Made by a program: the position numbers and the translations under genes. A stretch of 64,000 bases of DNA from the NCBI RefSeq assembly GCF_016432865.1, contig NC_067402.1:103044001-103108000 (forward strand), given 5' to 3'. The notes beneath the pieces were generated by a model. The model saw only the letters and a list, made by a program, of their open reading frames with translations, was not told the DNA's origin and did not search any database. This document shows positions 36,151 to 50,024 of the stretch, piece by piece (position 1 is the stretch's first letter; the number at the start of each line of letters is the position of its first letter). The DNA is from Antechinus flavipes. Taxonomy: Eukaryota.

Positions 36151-36295
36151 GGGGCAGCTAGATGATGCTGTAGATAGAGGGCTGGCTCTGAAATCAGGAG
36201 GACCTGAGTTCAAATCTGATCTCAGACACTTAGTACTTCCTGGCTGTGTGACCCTGGATAAGTCACTTAACCCCAATTGTCTCAGCAAAAAAATA
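36151..36295 (+). mobile_element. Full-length WSINE1
   Basis: ggggcagctagatgatgctgtagatagag...tcaggaggacctgagttcaaatctgatctcagacac...aaccccaattgtctcagcaaaaaaa. Confidence 0.9.
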
Positions 36296-36599
36296 ATAAT
36301 AAATGCATATACACATATATTTGAAAAAGAATATACATATCATAGAAGAAAATAAGAATATAATACATATATTCTTGTATATATGTATATATGGTATTCT
36401 AAAAGCCTTACTGTAGTTTTAAGCTATTCAAATGATAGATATATATATATATAGTACACATATGTGTGTGCTTATATGCATATATATGTATGTATATGGG
36501 GATATCTATAGAGGTATCCATATCTATCCATCCATCAATAATCTCCTACTTGTTTTCATACTTCCATATACATATATATGCATGTTTAAACACATATAT

Positions 36600-36830
36600 T
36601 GTTGTTCAGTTGTTTCAGTCTTGGCTAACTCTTTGCAACCCTATTTGGGGTTTTCTTGCTGGAGTGCTTTACCATTTCCTTCTACAGCTCATTTTACAGG
36701 TTAAGGAGACTGAGACAAAAAGGGATAAGTGACTTGCCCAACGTCTCACAGCTAGTGAGTGACTGAGGCCATATTTGAACTCAGATCTCCTGATCCCAGG
36801 CTTGAAACTTTAGCCACTGTGACATCTAGC
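36600..36830 (-). mobile_element. Mar1 CORE-SINE (minus strand)
   Basis: Reverse tail gttgttcagttgtttcagtc...ggggttttcttgctggagtg...ccatttccttct. Confidence 0.85.
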
Positions 36831-37561
36831 ACATGTATATGTGTATATGTATGTATTTATGAACACACATACATATACATGTGTGCACACATGCACATGT
36901 GCAGGTAGATGAATCGGGACCTGTGATTGCACTGATATAGGGAATTCCTATTGAAGAAATTCCCTTTTCCAATGCACATTGGCAACAGTTTTGAAGCATG
37001 TAGTCTCTGAGTTAACCAGATCACTCAGAAATTGGTCAAGTACCAATTGTCCAGGGTCACAAAAAAAACTAAAGGAGAAACTTGAACTCAGATCTTCCTG
37101 ACTGGGAAGTTAGTTCACTTTCCATTATATAATACTGCCTCTTACAAGAGTACACTTGAATAGATCTATACATACAGACAGACATAGAGACATACACACA
37201 CAGAGATAGACAGCTAAGGTAGAGCAGTAGACAGAGATCTAGATTTGGAATCAGGAAGACCTGCATTTGAATCCCACATCAGATACTTGCTAACTTTATG
37301 ACCCTGAGCAAGTCACTTAACTTGCCTGCCTCAGTTTCTTCACCTGTAAAATAGGGATGATAATAGTTCCATCACAAGATTTTACACAGCCTTGATAAAA
37401 GATTAAATCAGTTATTTTTAAAGGACTTGACAAATCTTACAACATTATATAAAGTGTTTATAGAGCACTGTTTAGTGTCTATATAGAGGATGTCCCAAAA
37501 TTAATAAAAATTAATAATTTTAGTGAACTTTTAAGATGCACTAAAATTTTTGGTTCAATCT

Positions 37562-37563
<2 letters not shown>

Positions 37564-37615
<52 letters not shown>
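37564..37615. repeat. (TC)n microsatellite with a pyrimidine-rich extension to about 37715
   Basis: Direct reading. Confidence 0.95.
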
Positions 37616-37617
<2 letters not shown>

Positions 37618-38188
37618 GCCTCTCCCTGCTTAATCTCCCTCATGCCCTCTCCTTTGTCTCTGTCCCTCTCTATCTCTGTCTCTCATCTTTATCTGTGTGC
37701 TTGTCTCCCCCCTAGAAATATATGTGTGCAATAGCACATGTATGCATGTTTGCGTGCACATACGTGTGCACACACATGGCAATGTGAACTAAAGTGTTGT
37801 AAGTCAATTAATGGACCTACAAGGCTTTGCAGAACTCTTGCTGCATGCAACTTCTGATTGCACAGATTCCTTAGCTTCAGATACTGGAAGACCTGAGAGA
37901 ATCATCAGCAGACACAGCAGGTATTGTCAAGAACAAAGTCATTTCCTACCTTGTAACACAGATTTGCTTCTGTCACATCCCTCTGTGAATTGTGTGTGTG
38001 TATGTGTGTGAGAGAATATTCCCATGCCCAGTCACTGGCCACATGTTTGGAAACCATGGGGCTGGACATATCAAAGCGATTTGCCACTTGATGCAGTGGT
38101 GAAAGATGGACACAATTTTCCATGAAATTTTGGGCAGCAGATGTCTGTCCTCATGGCAGCGGCTGCTGCTACATTTTCTGTGTCTTAC

Positions 38189-38305
38189 CTCATCCAGCCT
38201 TTTTGGACTAAAAGCAGGAGTCAGCATACTTCTGACCTCTTCCCATCTCTTGTTCCTCAAAAACAGGATGCTGTCAGCAACTGGCTTGGTCTCCATCCCT
38301 GACAT
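38189..38305 (-). CDS. TBXAS1: TBXAS1 exon 5 equivalent (117 nt; [39 protein letters not shown])
   Basis: P450 C-helix WxxxR...PAF motif; matches human [32 protein letters not shown]. Acceptor ttttgaccAG at 38306-07, donor GTAAG at 38184-88, phase 0/0. Confidence 0.97.
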
Positions 38306-38893
38306 CTGGTCAAAAGGGACAAACAAAAGAGTTCTGAGTAAAGCCAAGGCAGTCTATCTTTGCTGCAAGATGAGTTTATTATAAATGTCAGGGCTAAAGC
38401 CCATCAATGATCCACAAATTAGTAGACTCTGCTTGGACAGAGTCAGAGAAATGATCTAAGGGCTTGCTGTAAATGAGGCTCAAGATACATGAGTGAGGGC
38501 TAATGGGGTGATCACTGCTGGCTCTGATTCCAACCCTGTTGAAGTGTGCCCTTGATCACAGAAAATAAATCCTTTGTGGAGTGCTTTACTCTATTTAGAA
38601 AAGATTGATTGAGAGAACCTTCTTCGAAGCTAGAGACCAGCAGGGCAGATATATCCTTAACTTGGCTTTTAACTCCTTTGGTCTGGACAATAGACTGCCC
38701 ATTTGTTGAATTTCCCTGCTCAGGATAAGAGTGGACTAACAAGTGTGTCTGGATCCAACAAGAAGTCGACACAGATTGGGGATCAATGTTAGGAAGTAAA
38801 GTAGGTCCAGTAAGTTTCAACTATTGACAAGCTGTTCAGCTCCCATTCAACCCAGATTAGTCTGTTATTTCTGAAAGCAACATTAGCCACTGG

Positions 38894-39663
38894 TGATGAG
38901 GTTCGGCGCAGGGCAGGGAGTTGTGGGCATCCCTTTCTGATTGGCGTAGGACCTTTAGAAATGAATTTACGAATCCAAAAAGTTAGACTAGCAAAAGAAA
39001 TTTATTATTAGAACTGAGAAGTCAGCTTTTGCAGGCTGACTTCCTTAGTAGCATGGTCTTGACAGAGAAGTAAAGATCTAGCAGAGAAATCCTGACAGAA
39101 AGGTAAAGAGGGTCCTGTTAGGGAAATAAGTGAGAGAGATAAAGAGGAAATAATGCTGAAAGAGAATGTCTTTTAGCAGGCAGAGGGTTGCAGCTATGCT
39201 AAGGAGAGAGAGAAAGATTCCTTGGCATATTAGGTCCTCTGCAAGGAGATGAGTTGAAGGAAGCTTATTATATGGGCTGCTTTGGGTGGGGAGGAGGTCG
39301 CTGGGAGCAGTTTGAGCTGGAATCAGAATAATCTTGGTATTGAATGAGTGTCCCTGGACTAATCTCCTACTCAATAGAGTTGGATGGAAATCTCAATCTC
39401 CAGTTCTGGCTAAGTGGGAGTGGTCTTGGCCTCAACTTGTTCCACCCAGATAATAGAAAGAAAAAACTTTATCTTGATTCCCTGCGGCAGGTTTCTCAAG
39501 CGAGAGCTTCCTTGAGGGAGTTTNNNNNNNNNNNNNNNNNNNNNNNNNNNNNNNNNNNNNNNNNNNNNNNNNNNNNNNNNNNNNNNNNNNNNNNNNNNNN
39601 NNNNNNNNNNNNNNNNNNNNNNNNNNNNNNNNNNNNNNNNNNNNNNNNNNNNNNNCCTCATCA
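38894..39663 (-). mobile_element. Solo LTR, probably ERV1 class, same sense as TBXAS1
   Basis: Terminal inverted repeats TGATGAGG (38894-901) / CCTCATCA (39656-63). 4-bp TSD CTGG at 38890-93 and 39664-67. On the minus strand a TATAATAA at 39265-72 precedes AATAAA at 39001-06. CpGs retained. Confidence 0.82.
39524..39655. other. Assembly gap (132 N) inside the LTR
   Basis: Run of n. Confidence 1.
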
Positions 39664-40144
39664 CTGGTACTAGGGAAAAGAGTTTGGGCTGATAAGACTC
39701 AGATCTGCTTATCTTCTTGTCCTGGGATATTGGGTAAGTAAGGTTGTTGGGAACTTTTCTGACCAGTGGTTTATCTTCAGATAAGCAATAATGTTAGTTT
39801 TCCTTTTTACTATTAAGATCTGCCTAACAATATAAACCCAAGACTAAATATTTGGTATAACTATATTTTATGGATTATTAGGTGGACAGTTGGATGGAGT
39901 GAAATAAGCCCTCAATGAGGAGTCCTATTCTAAGTTCTGGTTTCAATTTTGTGTGACTTTGGGCAAGCCATCTCACCTTTAATTCAATTCTTTAAATTTT
40001 AACTATCTACATTAGGACCTACAAGGCAGTGTTGCTAAAAATCTAGGAATATAATGACAAAAGGAAAAACAGTTCTTGGCTTAAGGAGCTTAAATTCTAA
40101 ACAAGGTGAGCCTGGAGAGAACATTAAAGAGTTGGGACTCAATT

Positions 40145-40297
40145 TTTTTATTTTATTTTTATTTATTTTTAATTTTTTAAAATAACTTTTTATTGATAGA
40201 ACCCATGCCAGGGTAATTTTTTACATTATCCCTTGCACTCACTTCTGTTCCAATTTTTCCCCTCCCTCCCTCTCCCCCTCCCCCAGATGGCAAGCAG
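40145..40297 (-). mobile_element. Short young dasyurid-type L1 3' tail
   Basis: Reverse of the L1 end: aataactttttattgatagaacccatgccagggtaattttttacattatcccttgcactcacttctgttcc. T-rich tail on the left. Confidence 0.85.
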
Positions 40298-43200
40298 GGT
40301 TTTTTTGGTTAGTGTATGGATCCCTTTGTCAGACTAGTAAAGTCTATGGACACTTTCTCAGAATCATGTTCTAAATAATTGAAGAAATTAAATTTACCTA
40401 ATAAGATAAATCTATTGGATTGTAAGCTCCTCAAGGGCAGGAACTGTCATTTTTGTATCCCTAATTCTTAACACAGTGCCTGATTCTTAAAAAATGTTTA
40501 TTGGTTAATTGATTGAAATTTCAATTGGAGCTTAGTGAAAATAAAGATGTAATATTTTTCCTCATCCAAATTTATATACACATTGAAATCTATTCACAGA
40601 ATACCTGGACTAGGGGGATGAGGAAACACTTCCCATAGAAGGTGAAGCAAGAATTGAACTTTGAAGAAGAGATGGAAAAATGGAAAAGCATATCGACTGT
40701 AGTATAGTAACGTGAAATGTTTTGAGAAAGTAGGCAAAACCAAACTGTGAAGAACTCTAAACTTCAAACTAAAGAGATTGCATTTTATCTGGGAGTCAAG
40801 AGAGAACTGTGACTATTAGGCACCACAGGGGTAGAACAATAGCTCTGGGATCAGTAGGATCTGAGTTCAGACACTAATTGGCTATGTGACCACGGGCAAG
40901 TCCCTTAACCCCTATTGCCAACAAAAAACAAACGAGGAAAAAAAAAAGAGGAAATTTCTGGAGCTTCATGAGTACGTTGATATGGCAGACATGCATTAGG
41001 AAAATTATTTGATTCCTTTTGCAGCAAATGAGTTGGAGAGGAGGAAGACTAAGTAGAAAGACCAACAAGGAAGCTGTTAAAATAGTCTATGAGAGGTGGT
41101 GAAGCTTTTAGCTAGGGTGGTGGCTACATAAGTAGAGAGAAGGGATAGATGAGGGGAAAAAATGGGAAGTAGAATCTGCAACTTTAAGGGTTGAAGAGGC
41201 TTGAGATGACCTCCCACCTTTGATCTTGTTTATAAAGATAGTGGTGCCCTCAGAAATGGGAGAGTTTCAAGGAAGATGAAACTTTGGGTTTTATAATGGG
41301 GAAAAGAAAACATATTATCTACCTCACAGGGGTACTATGAGAAAAACTAGCATTTATAGAGATTGCACTTTAAAGTTTAGTGAAATGTTTTTATATGATA
41401 GCATTTCTATAGATAGATATATAGCATTTATATAGATAGCACTTTAAAGTTTAGGGAGATGCTTTACAAATATTGTCTCATTTTATCCCAATGTCAATCC
41501 TAAGAGGTAAAAACTATGATCCCATTTTACAGATGAGGAAGCTGAAGCAGACAGGTTATCCAAGGTTACAAATTAGTGTCTAAGTCAGAATTTGAGCTTT
41601 AGCTTCAGCACTGTAATGTAATGAGATAAATATATATATACATATATATATATATAATATAATAATATAATATGTTATATTGTAATATATAAATATTTCT
41701 AAAACTTTGTAAATGTGTGCTGCAATTGTTTTATCCAAAAATAGAAGTTTTCCTTTAAATTTGAGTTATTTCTTTTTAAAAAAAGATTTCCTTAACTCTA
41801 AAGGTAATTTTATTTCTCCTTTTTACCTTTCATTTTTCCTCATTGTCCTCCACTCTACCACCAAGGAAGCAAACATTTGTTAAATTCAGTCAATTGTACT
41901 AGATGATGTGTAAGGTTCCTTCCAGCTCTGAAAACATCATCTCTGTGATCCCTGTAGCTATCTCTGTACAGATAGTAGTTATTCTAAGGCCCATTTTATC
42001 TATGTAACTTTTCTTGTCTTTTCCAAATCAATTTGTGTCAGGATTTCCCTTTGAATACCATTTTAGGAATCAGAAGTCTTGGGTTCTAGCTCCAACCTGG
42101 CTTCCAGATGCCTATTAGACCTCAAACCAACCTCATCTTACTGGGCCTTTACTTTTGTCATTAAATTAAGAGATTCTTCTAATACACTTCAATCTTCTAA
42201 TCTCTTCAATCGCTAACATTCTTTCTATGAGACTAATGTATATGATTATTGATACTGTTGACATGTTGTTCTTCAGTTTCTGTCTCATTCTCCTTTATAT
42301 AAGTTTATTCATAATTTTGCATGGATCACCCATCTTTTCCATGGACTATGGAAAAAAAGACAAATCAATATTCTTTAGGGAGGTTGAGGGATGGGCTATG
42401 AAGTAATAGAAGGATGAAATATAATATGGGATTTAGGGGTAATGGAATTTGCATCCAGCTCTCCTGCAATTTACAAATCTCTTTGCCCTCAGGCAAGAGT
42501 CTTGATAGTTGAGCTATAGAAATACAATGTCTATCCAGTATGGGAAAATGGTCACATTCGGGGGAGGTTCCTTGAATCACTCTTGAACTTCAGATGGCCA
42601 GTATAGACAGTATTTTCCAGTATATTTAGCCAGCATTTCTTTATTGAAAACCCCATTGATCTACTACACCTCACTACCAGACCTTCCTTGCTAATCTCCA
42701 GATGTACAGGAGATAATGAGAATAAACTGGGCCATCAGCTTATACATTCTGTGAATGAAGGATTCTGATTTCATGATCTGACACGAAGTGCCTAGGAATG
42801 TTTTTTTTTTAATTTTAATCTGAAGAGAAAACGGTGGATTCCAGTTACATTTCATTGTTATGTTTCATTTGTTTTAATTAATGATTTGAGAATTAGATAT
42901 ATCCTCCACATGTGAGTAATATTTTTACTTCAGAGGAAGGAACCAACTTGGGTAATTTCCCTAACCAATGAGATCCTGTAGGAAATAGGAGCCACCTGAC
43001 CTTACTTCTCGGGAAATTACGCCTGCAGGGCTTAAGTGGGCTCTGGCTCTAGGGTTTGGCTTGGCTAGAAATGTTTCTGAAAAACCCCAATTGAGAGCTG
43101 GAGATTTGCTTTAGTCCCTAGAATTGATGATGTCTAGGGCAATGGATTGGGTCCTGAGCTATGCATTTGGCGAAGTAGAGTGCCTTGTCCATGCCAGGGG

Positions 43201-43469
43201 CTTTGTACTTGATGTATATTTTATAATTTGTTAATGTGTGCAACCCCCCACTCCTGTCCAAGCCTGGGATGTTTCCTAAGGGACACCCCTAAGCCTGAGC
43301 ATTTATAGGTGGAGGAGGAGATTCCTCATTGAATGAGAAAGCCTATGTTTTTGGTCAGTTTTTGGAGTTCAGAGAGTCCTATTAGGAAGAAAGGAAGTCA
43401 GCTTGCTCCTCAATGTTTATTTATATACATGTACATGAACATGTAGAGTAGATAGATTTCCAGGTCTGA

Positions 43470-43665
43470 AATCAGGAAGGTTTATTTTCCTGGGTTCAAA
43501 TCTGGCCTGGATGCTGAGCCTGAGCAAGTCAATTACTCAGCTTGCCTCAGTTTCCTCATTTGTAAAATGAGCCAGAGAAAGAAATGGCAAATTACTCTAG
43601 TACCTTTGACAAGAAAACCTCAAATGGGGTCACACTGTTAGACATAAATGAAATGACTGAACAAC
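43470..43665 (+). mobile_element. Mar1 CORE-SINE; further + copies at about 45905-46090, 50745-50975, 56465-56690, 58865-59080, 59365-59550
   Basis: Each has the core cctcagtttcctcat plus the gagaaggaaatggcaaa...ctttgccaagaaaac tail. Confidence 0.85.
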
Positions 43666-46539
43666 AAGAGAGTAAAAAGGAATTCCAGAGAGAGACAAGC
43701 CAGAACTTTTGAATGGAATATGGGACATCTCTCCAGAGCTCCAGACATGTAGAGAAGCTGATTCCTAACATGTCTCTTGATTTCCAGCACCTGAAACACT
43801 GCTAAGAGGAGATATTCTATTTACTCCCATTATTCTTTCTCCTTGGTTGAACCAAGATCTTATCTTGCTGCTGAAGACTTCATTTACTCTTGTATACACC
43901 TGTCTACTCTAATCTGATAAAATCTCCAATTCCTGTTTACTGCTGACTTTGATAAAGAGATTGACTAGGTATTAGTAATAGTCTTTTGTGTGACTAGTTT
44001 GGTGGGAAGGAGAAAAACTGATGAGAAAATACTTGGTGTTATCTGCTCCTCTATAGAAAGTGTGGAAAGTAGCTTTTACAGTTATTCCTTCCATATAGTG
44101 GGGATCTGGGACAAGATAGCACTGAAATATGGAAAAATCTACGTAAATTTTTTTTGTTCTCTCTTTGTACCAGAGAAGAAGTCTGACTCTTTCTCTTTCT
44201 TTTTCTTTTATGGGACATAGATAGTACCATTTTGTAAAATCTGGGTTGATATACAATACTATACATATATTTTATGCATTTCTGAGTTTTTAAGCTTTTC
44301 TTATGTTATCTGTGGTTTCCACAAAACTCTCCTAAAATACCCATTTAATTTTTTGTGCCAACCCATGATATATTGAAACCATGAGGGGGAAAGTTGCAAT
44401 GTGGAAGGAGTAACTGTATCTGAACCCAAGTGAGAATACCATCTCTCCTGCCTACAAATATTTGAGATGTGGTGCCTAGATGGAATTCTAATTCAATATC
44501 CCTCTCCAAGATAGGAAACTGAAGGAGCAATTACAGCAGCCAAAATTAAGCTGGAACTTGCTCATTCTGCCTTTTCTAGGCTTTTGAGAGTCCAGCCACA
44601 GTCCTCTTACTACTCTCCACAAAGGGAGAAATCACAATCTCCCTTTGGAAATATGGAATAGGACTTTCCAATCCCATTTTAGCCATCTATCCATTCAACA
44701 CTCAGCTCAGGTATCTTCTATTAAACGCATCCATATCAATATGACTTGTGGGTTCAAGAGTAAGTCCAGATTATGATTATGTATATATTGTACATGTATA
44801 CACATATGTTACTTTACCCTAATAGAATACAAGTTCACTGTGGACTCAGACTCTTATTTTTATATTTCTAGCTCCTGGCATAATACATGGCACATAGTAA
44901 AAGGATTAAAACCAAAATTATAATTAAAGCTTACAGTTAAATTAGGGGGTCAATATAGGAAACATAAGAAAAAATATTAACTACATAGGGATAGATTCTG
45001 ACCTGTGATTTCACTGGAATAAGGAACTCCCAGATGTAGAAGTTCCTTCTAACAAAGCAAGTTAGTACCTTCTCTTCAATTTACAGTTTTAGAGTCATTA
45101 AATACTCAGATAAATTGTCCACCACATTACCAAGTTCATTCAGCCTGAATCAAACTAAAATGTAATTGTGAAATATTTAACAAAATAAACAAAAATAGAA
45201 CAAAATATAAATGATGTTAATATATGGTTTTTCTAAGTCAATATACGGCCCACAAGGCTCAGAAGGATTCATTTCTATTTGATTTTGTCACTACTGACAT
45301 AGATGCCTGAGAGATTAAGTGATGCTCTCAAGGTCTCAAAGTTAATATATGTCCAAAGTGAGTCTTGAACCTCCATTTTCATGGTTCCAGCACTAGCTCT
45401 CTTTATACTTCTCCATTTCTCTATTAGTACAATAGTAATAATATAACAATGTGATCCAACAACTATTTGTAAAGCATTGTAAAATGAATAAAGTGTTATG
45501 CTAGGAAATGGTGGGAGATAAAAAAAATACATAAAATACTATCCCTTCCCCTCAAGGAGCATATAGTCTCCTAGGGATAAGGTTGCCAAACAAAGATTGC
45601 TAAATATATAATGTTACCTAAGCACATGACAAAATTACAAAATTAATTCCTGTATAATATCTATGGCAGAAGGTTATTAACTATCCCAAGAGAATTATCA
45701 TTCTGTCAGTATAGCACTACAATCTAGACATTATGTTAAGGTCTGGATATGCAAAGAAAATCAAAAATCAAGTATTCCCTGACCTCAAGGAGCTTATGCG
45801 CTAATAGGGGCCAACATACTGATAACTAAGTGACCCATATAAAAAGCTTAGGGGGGTTTTGGTGAGCCAAAGGGCGATACAGCCAGAGCTACATTTTTAG
45901 TAAGGGGGGGTCAGCTAGTTGACTCAGCAGATAGAGCATTGGCTATAGAGTTAGGAAAAACGGTTCAAATCCAGCCTCAGACACTTAATCATTTAATCTC
46001 GATTTGTCTTAATCCACTGGAGAAAGAAATGGCAATCCATTTCAGTATCTTTGCCAAGAAAACTTCAAATGGGTTTTGATGACTGAAGAACAATAAAATA
46101 TTTTAGGATATTCACTTCTGGCATTTTCTTTAGCTATCTCCAGTGCTCTCCCTCTTCCACTTCAACAAGAACCTTCCCAACTTCCTTTAAATCCCAACTA
46201 AAATCCCACTTTCTATAGGAAATTTTCCCAACTCCTCTTAATTCTAAGACTTCCCTCTTAATTCTAGGACTTTCCCGATTTTGATCACTTTATCTTTATC
46301 CTGTATCTAATTTGCTTTATACATACTTGTTTGCATGTTATCTCCCTCATTAGATTGTAAGCTTCTTGAGGGCAGGAATTGTCTTTTGTTTCTTTTTATA
46401 TCCCCAGTTCTTAGCACAATGCCTGGGATACAGTAAGAACTAAATGAATGTTTATTAACTGACTGATTGAACTTTGGCAACTGAGTAAAGGATGAAATGG
46501 AACAGGAAGGGATTTGAGACAAAGAGACCAGCCAGATAG

Positions 46540-46960
46540 CTATTGTAGAAATCTAGTTGAGAGATGATGGGGACCTGTTGTGTTATATACAGAAGCATCA
46601 AATTCAGTTCTGGATACCATGTTTTAGGAAGGATGTTTACATTGTGGAAAATGCCCAGAGGAGGACAATCAGAGAAGACAAAGGATCTGAAGTCCATACC
46701 CCATGAAGATCAGTCAAAGGAAATGGAGATGCTTATTTGAGAGAAGAGAAAGATAGATGTCTTCAAGTCTTTAATAAAGGAAACACAGGAAAAAGAGTAA
46801 AATTTGTCCTATTTGGTCCAGAGGATAGAATGAAGAAATTACAAATAAGAAAATAATGATCTGACTTTTAAAGAAAAGCTACCTAACAATTAAAATGGAA
46901 CAGGATGCTTGAGGAAATAGGAGGTCCTTCCCTGGAGATTTTTCAGCTATCTCTCAGGGT
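46540..46960 (+). mobile_element. L3/CR1 3' RT fragment
   Basis: cagttctggataccatgttttaggaaggatgtttacattgtggaaaatgcccagaggagg (QFWxPxFRKDIxKLExVQRR equivalent). Confidence 0.7.
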
Positions 46961-48454
46961 CATGGCAGTGGACCTTCTTTTGGGGACACGGGTTGGTTTG
47001 TCCTAGATAAATGTCTAAGTCCTGTCTAACTCCATAGTTCTGAAGTTCTGTAAGCTCAAATCCTACTACACTTCCCTTAATATTTGCACTACCCATTCAC
47101 TGGGTGTACAAACAATATGTAAAGTGAGTTATTATTGATGAGGATACACCATAAATATAAATTGAGGAATGTGACCCTGTGAAAGAACACTAGATTGTGA
47201 GTATGGACATTGCCATTTTGCTGTCTATATGATCTTGGGCAAATTACTTAGGCCAACAATACTAATGAGCCTTAGAATATATGAATGTATTTCCTTATTT
47301 TAATATCTCAATATTTTATATTTTATTTCAATATTTTAATTCAGTAATTTCTACACCACCACCCCTCCATCTATAAAAAGAAGAGGTCATATTACATGAT
47401 TTCTAGGGTCTGTTCCAGCTAGAAATCTATGATCTAAATATTTTCCTCCTATTCCTATTTACTTTCTGCAATATGACCAAGAGCAAGTCCCTTAATCTTG
47501 CTGAACCTCAGCCTTCTCAAATGTAAATGGGAAAAATAATGCTCGTATTATACATATCACAGAGATGAAGGCAAGGAAAGGGATTGGTAAACTATAAAGT
47601 ACTGTGATAGTTGTGACTGCAACATTATTAGCAACAAAAAGAAAAAAAAAGCTATTTTTACCTGTGATTATGTTCTATTTCCCTCTTCTCTCTGAGTCAG
47701 AAAGATCTTGAGGGCATAAATATCTTTCTTCATATTACTGTCAAAAATATTTCTTATAGCATACTGTACTAAGGAGATATGCAATAAATGCTTTTCCATA
47801 ATAAAAAAAAAATTCTTCCCAGTAACTTTTACTTGTTTATTCCAGTAATAAAATGCAAGTCTACAATCCTTCAAATAGTCCCCATAGAATATATAATAGA
47901 CATTGGAGCATGCAAAGAGTACTTCAGATGGTATCTTTCCATGATGACAATAACAGGACCTTGTTCCTTGGAGCCATGATAATGTTAAGAAAAATGCCTT
48001 AGAGAGACAGTGGAATCTGTCTAGAGATTCTGTTACTGGTTCTGGTTGGCAGGTCACTTAATGAAATCACTTTGATTGGCTGAGGAGGAATTCAGAAGGT
48101 CATATGGGCTTGTGCCGTATTTCTCTCTCTTGCCTCAGTTCTTTCAATGGCCTTTTTCTCTCCTTTATTGTTTGGGGCAAGGTCATGCTGTAAGGACATA
48201 GACCTCTTTGCCTACTTTTGAAAAAAAAAAAGCGGTGGAAATCCACATTTTAAATTCTAAATCAGGTTTGCAATCAGCCCGTCTTCAAACTCTGAGGTGC
48301 CTTTTGGATAAAGGCCATCAGAAGGTGAGCTGAGGACTTATCTGGAAGTTATCCTGTAGCAAGATACAAACTTGGAGGACTAAATGCTATTTAGGAAATG
48401 AGCTAAGAGCCTATTTCCTCAAGATTATGATGGCATGATGATAATTATTTCAAT

Positions 48455-48650
48455 ATGTATACATATATTGGATTTAACATACATATTTTAACATGTTTAA
48501 CATATATTGAATTACTTGCCAACTAGGGGAGGGGGTGGAAGGAAAGGAGGGGAATATTTGGAACACAAGGTTTTGTAAAGGTCAATGATGAAAAATTATC
48601 CATGCATATGTTTTGAAAATAAAAATCTTTAATAAATAAGAAAAATTTTT
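48455..48650 (+). mobile_element. Marsupial L1 3' tail
   Basis: gtatacatatattggatttaacatac...ggggagggggtggaagg...ccatgcatatgttttgaaaataaaa. Confidence 0.85.
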
Positions 48651-50024
48651 AAAAGACTAAGATGGCATGGAGGAAAATATTTCTCCATTTGTTCTCAACG
48701 AAATGAATTTGTAAAATTCATTTGTAAAACCTAATTGGAGTCAAATGAAATTAAAGCTAGTTACTGGGTACTTAACAATGGGGAAAACATAGGAGGCAGG
48801 GGCTTGAGCTTTGATATTGGGAAGACAATCCCTAAACCCTTCAGGAAACCCTAAGAACCCAAAGGTTATAAGAGGGGACAGATGGTTCTGGAATAGCAAG
48901 CCAGAGCACACTCACTACAAATAAAAGCTATTTCTTTTTTTCATCTTGGTCTCCTAGGTGTCTACTCTAATACCTGGCACATAGTAGGCACTTCATCAGT
49001 TCTCAATGAATCTGAGCTGTGTTTAATGTGAACTATGTGATAGGCAATCTTTCTTTTGAACTTTTACATTATTATGTGATTTGCCCCACTCTGTATATTT
49101 GGGATTATTTACAGGATATAGGTTATAGTACTTCGTTTTCCTTAATTTTCTCTGGTTAATTTTTTTTTTTTTTGCCTACTTTGTAATAGTTGATCCCTCT
49201 TGGGTAATTCCCTGGTGCTGTTACTAATTAATGTATTTGTGCTGATTCATGGTGCTTATTGTATAAAAGGCTCACGCTTACAATCACCCTCAGGTTGTCC
49301 CAACCTGCTTCTGCAGTATTGCTAGTTGATTAATGCTCCAATTACAATGTGTCAGTGCATATCCCAGGGACCAGGGGTTCTGGGACTCAGTGGTAACTGG
49401 ACAAAAATGGTATACTGTTTTTGTATGTGTCCTTTGCCCAATAAACAATTAATTTTCCTTGTAAGTAAGTGAGAGTAAGCAGCACCTTCCTTGGATCAAC
49501 TCAATTCCACATAGAACGCTTATCAGTTTTATTGATTCAGTAGTAGTATAGTCAGGTTAGTAGATAAATAGATAATCGACAGATTGGCAGATAGATGGAT
49601 AGATGGACAGATGGAACAACAGAGAGATGGATAGAGCATTTAGTAAGCATTTACTATATTCCAGACCCTGGACTCAGTGCTAGGAATAGAAATAGAGAAT
49701 GAAATATAATCTTGGCCCTCAAGAAGCTTGTAATGGGAGAAGACAAAACATTAAGTGGTACTAGACAGAAAGGGGGAAGGTACCCACTTAGGGGTACGGT
49801 GAGGAAACTGAGGGGAAGTAATAAAGATAAGGCAAAAAGCTCACCTATTAGAGCTGCAGCAACTATGGGCAGAATCGAAGTTTCCAAGGGCATTAATGTT
49901 TGTATTTTTATCGATATAAATTTATAACCTTGTAATACCTTACAAGGGGTTTTCACTAATACATTCTAAAATGAAAGTATGAAATGAAGTGTTGTAAGAC
50001 ACCAAGTATTGTGTTTCAAAGCTG

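Noticed and set aside
38306-38347. [14 protein letters not shown] as a signal-like N-terminus of the exon 5 ORF
   Set aside because: It is the polypyrimidine tract and acceptor of intron 4 read in frame.
39664-39829. Extension of the LTR to the CA at 39828-29
   Set aside because: No TSD there, whereas 38894-39663 has matching terminal repeats and a CTGG duplication.
42930-43400. LTR-like composition with CCAAT and TATAAA motifs
   Set aside because: No TG...CA termini or TSD found, so it cannot be supported.
46230-46280. Short tandem duplications (also about 51010-51070, 53790-53820, 62252-62270)
   Set aside because: Routine slippage duplications in old repeats or AT-rich DNA.
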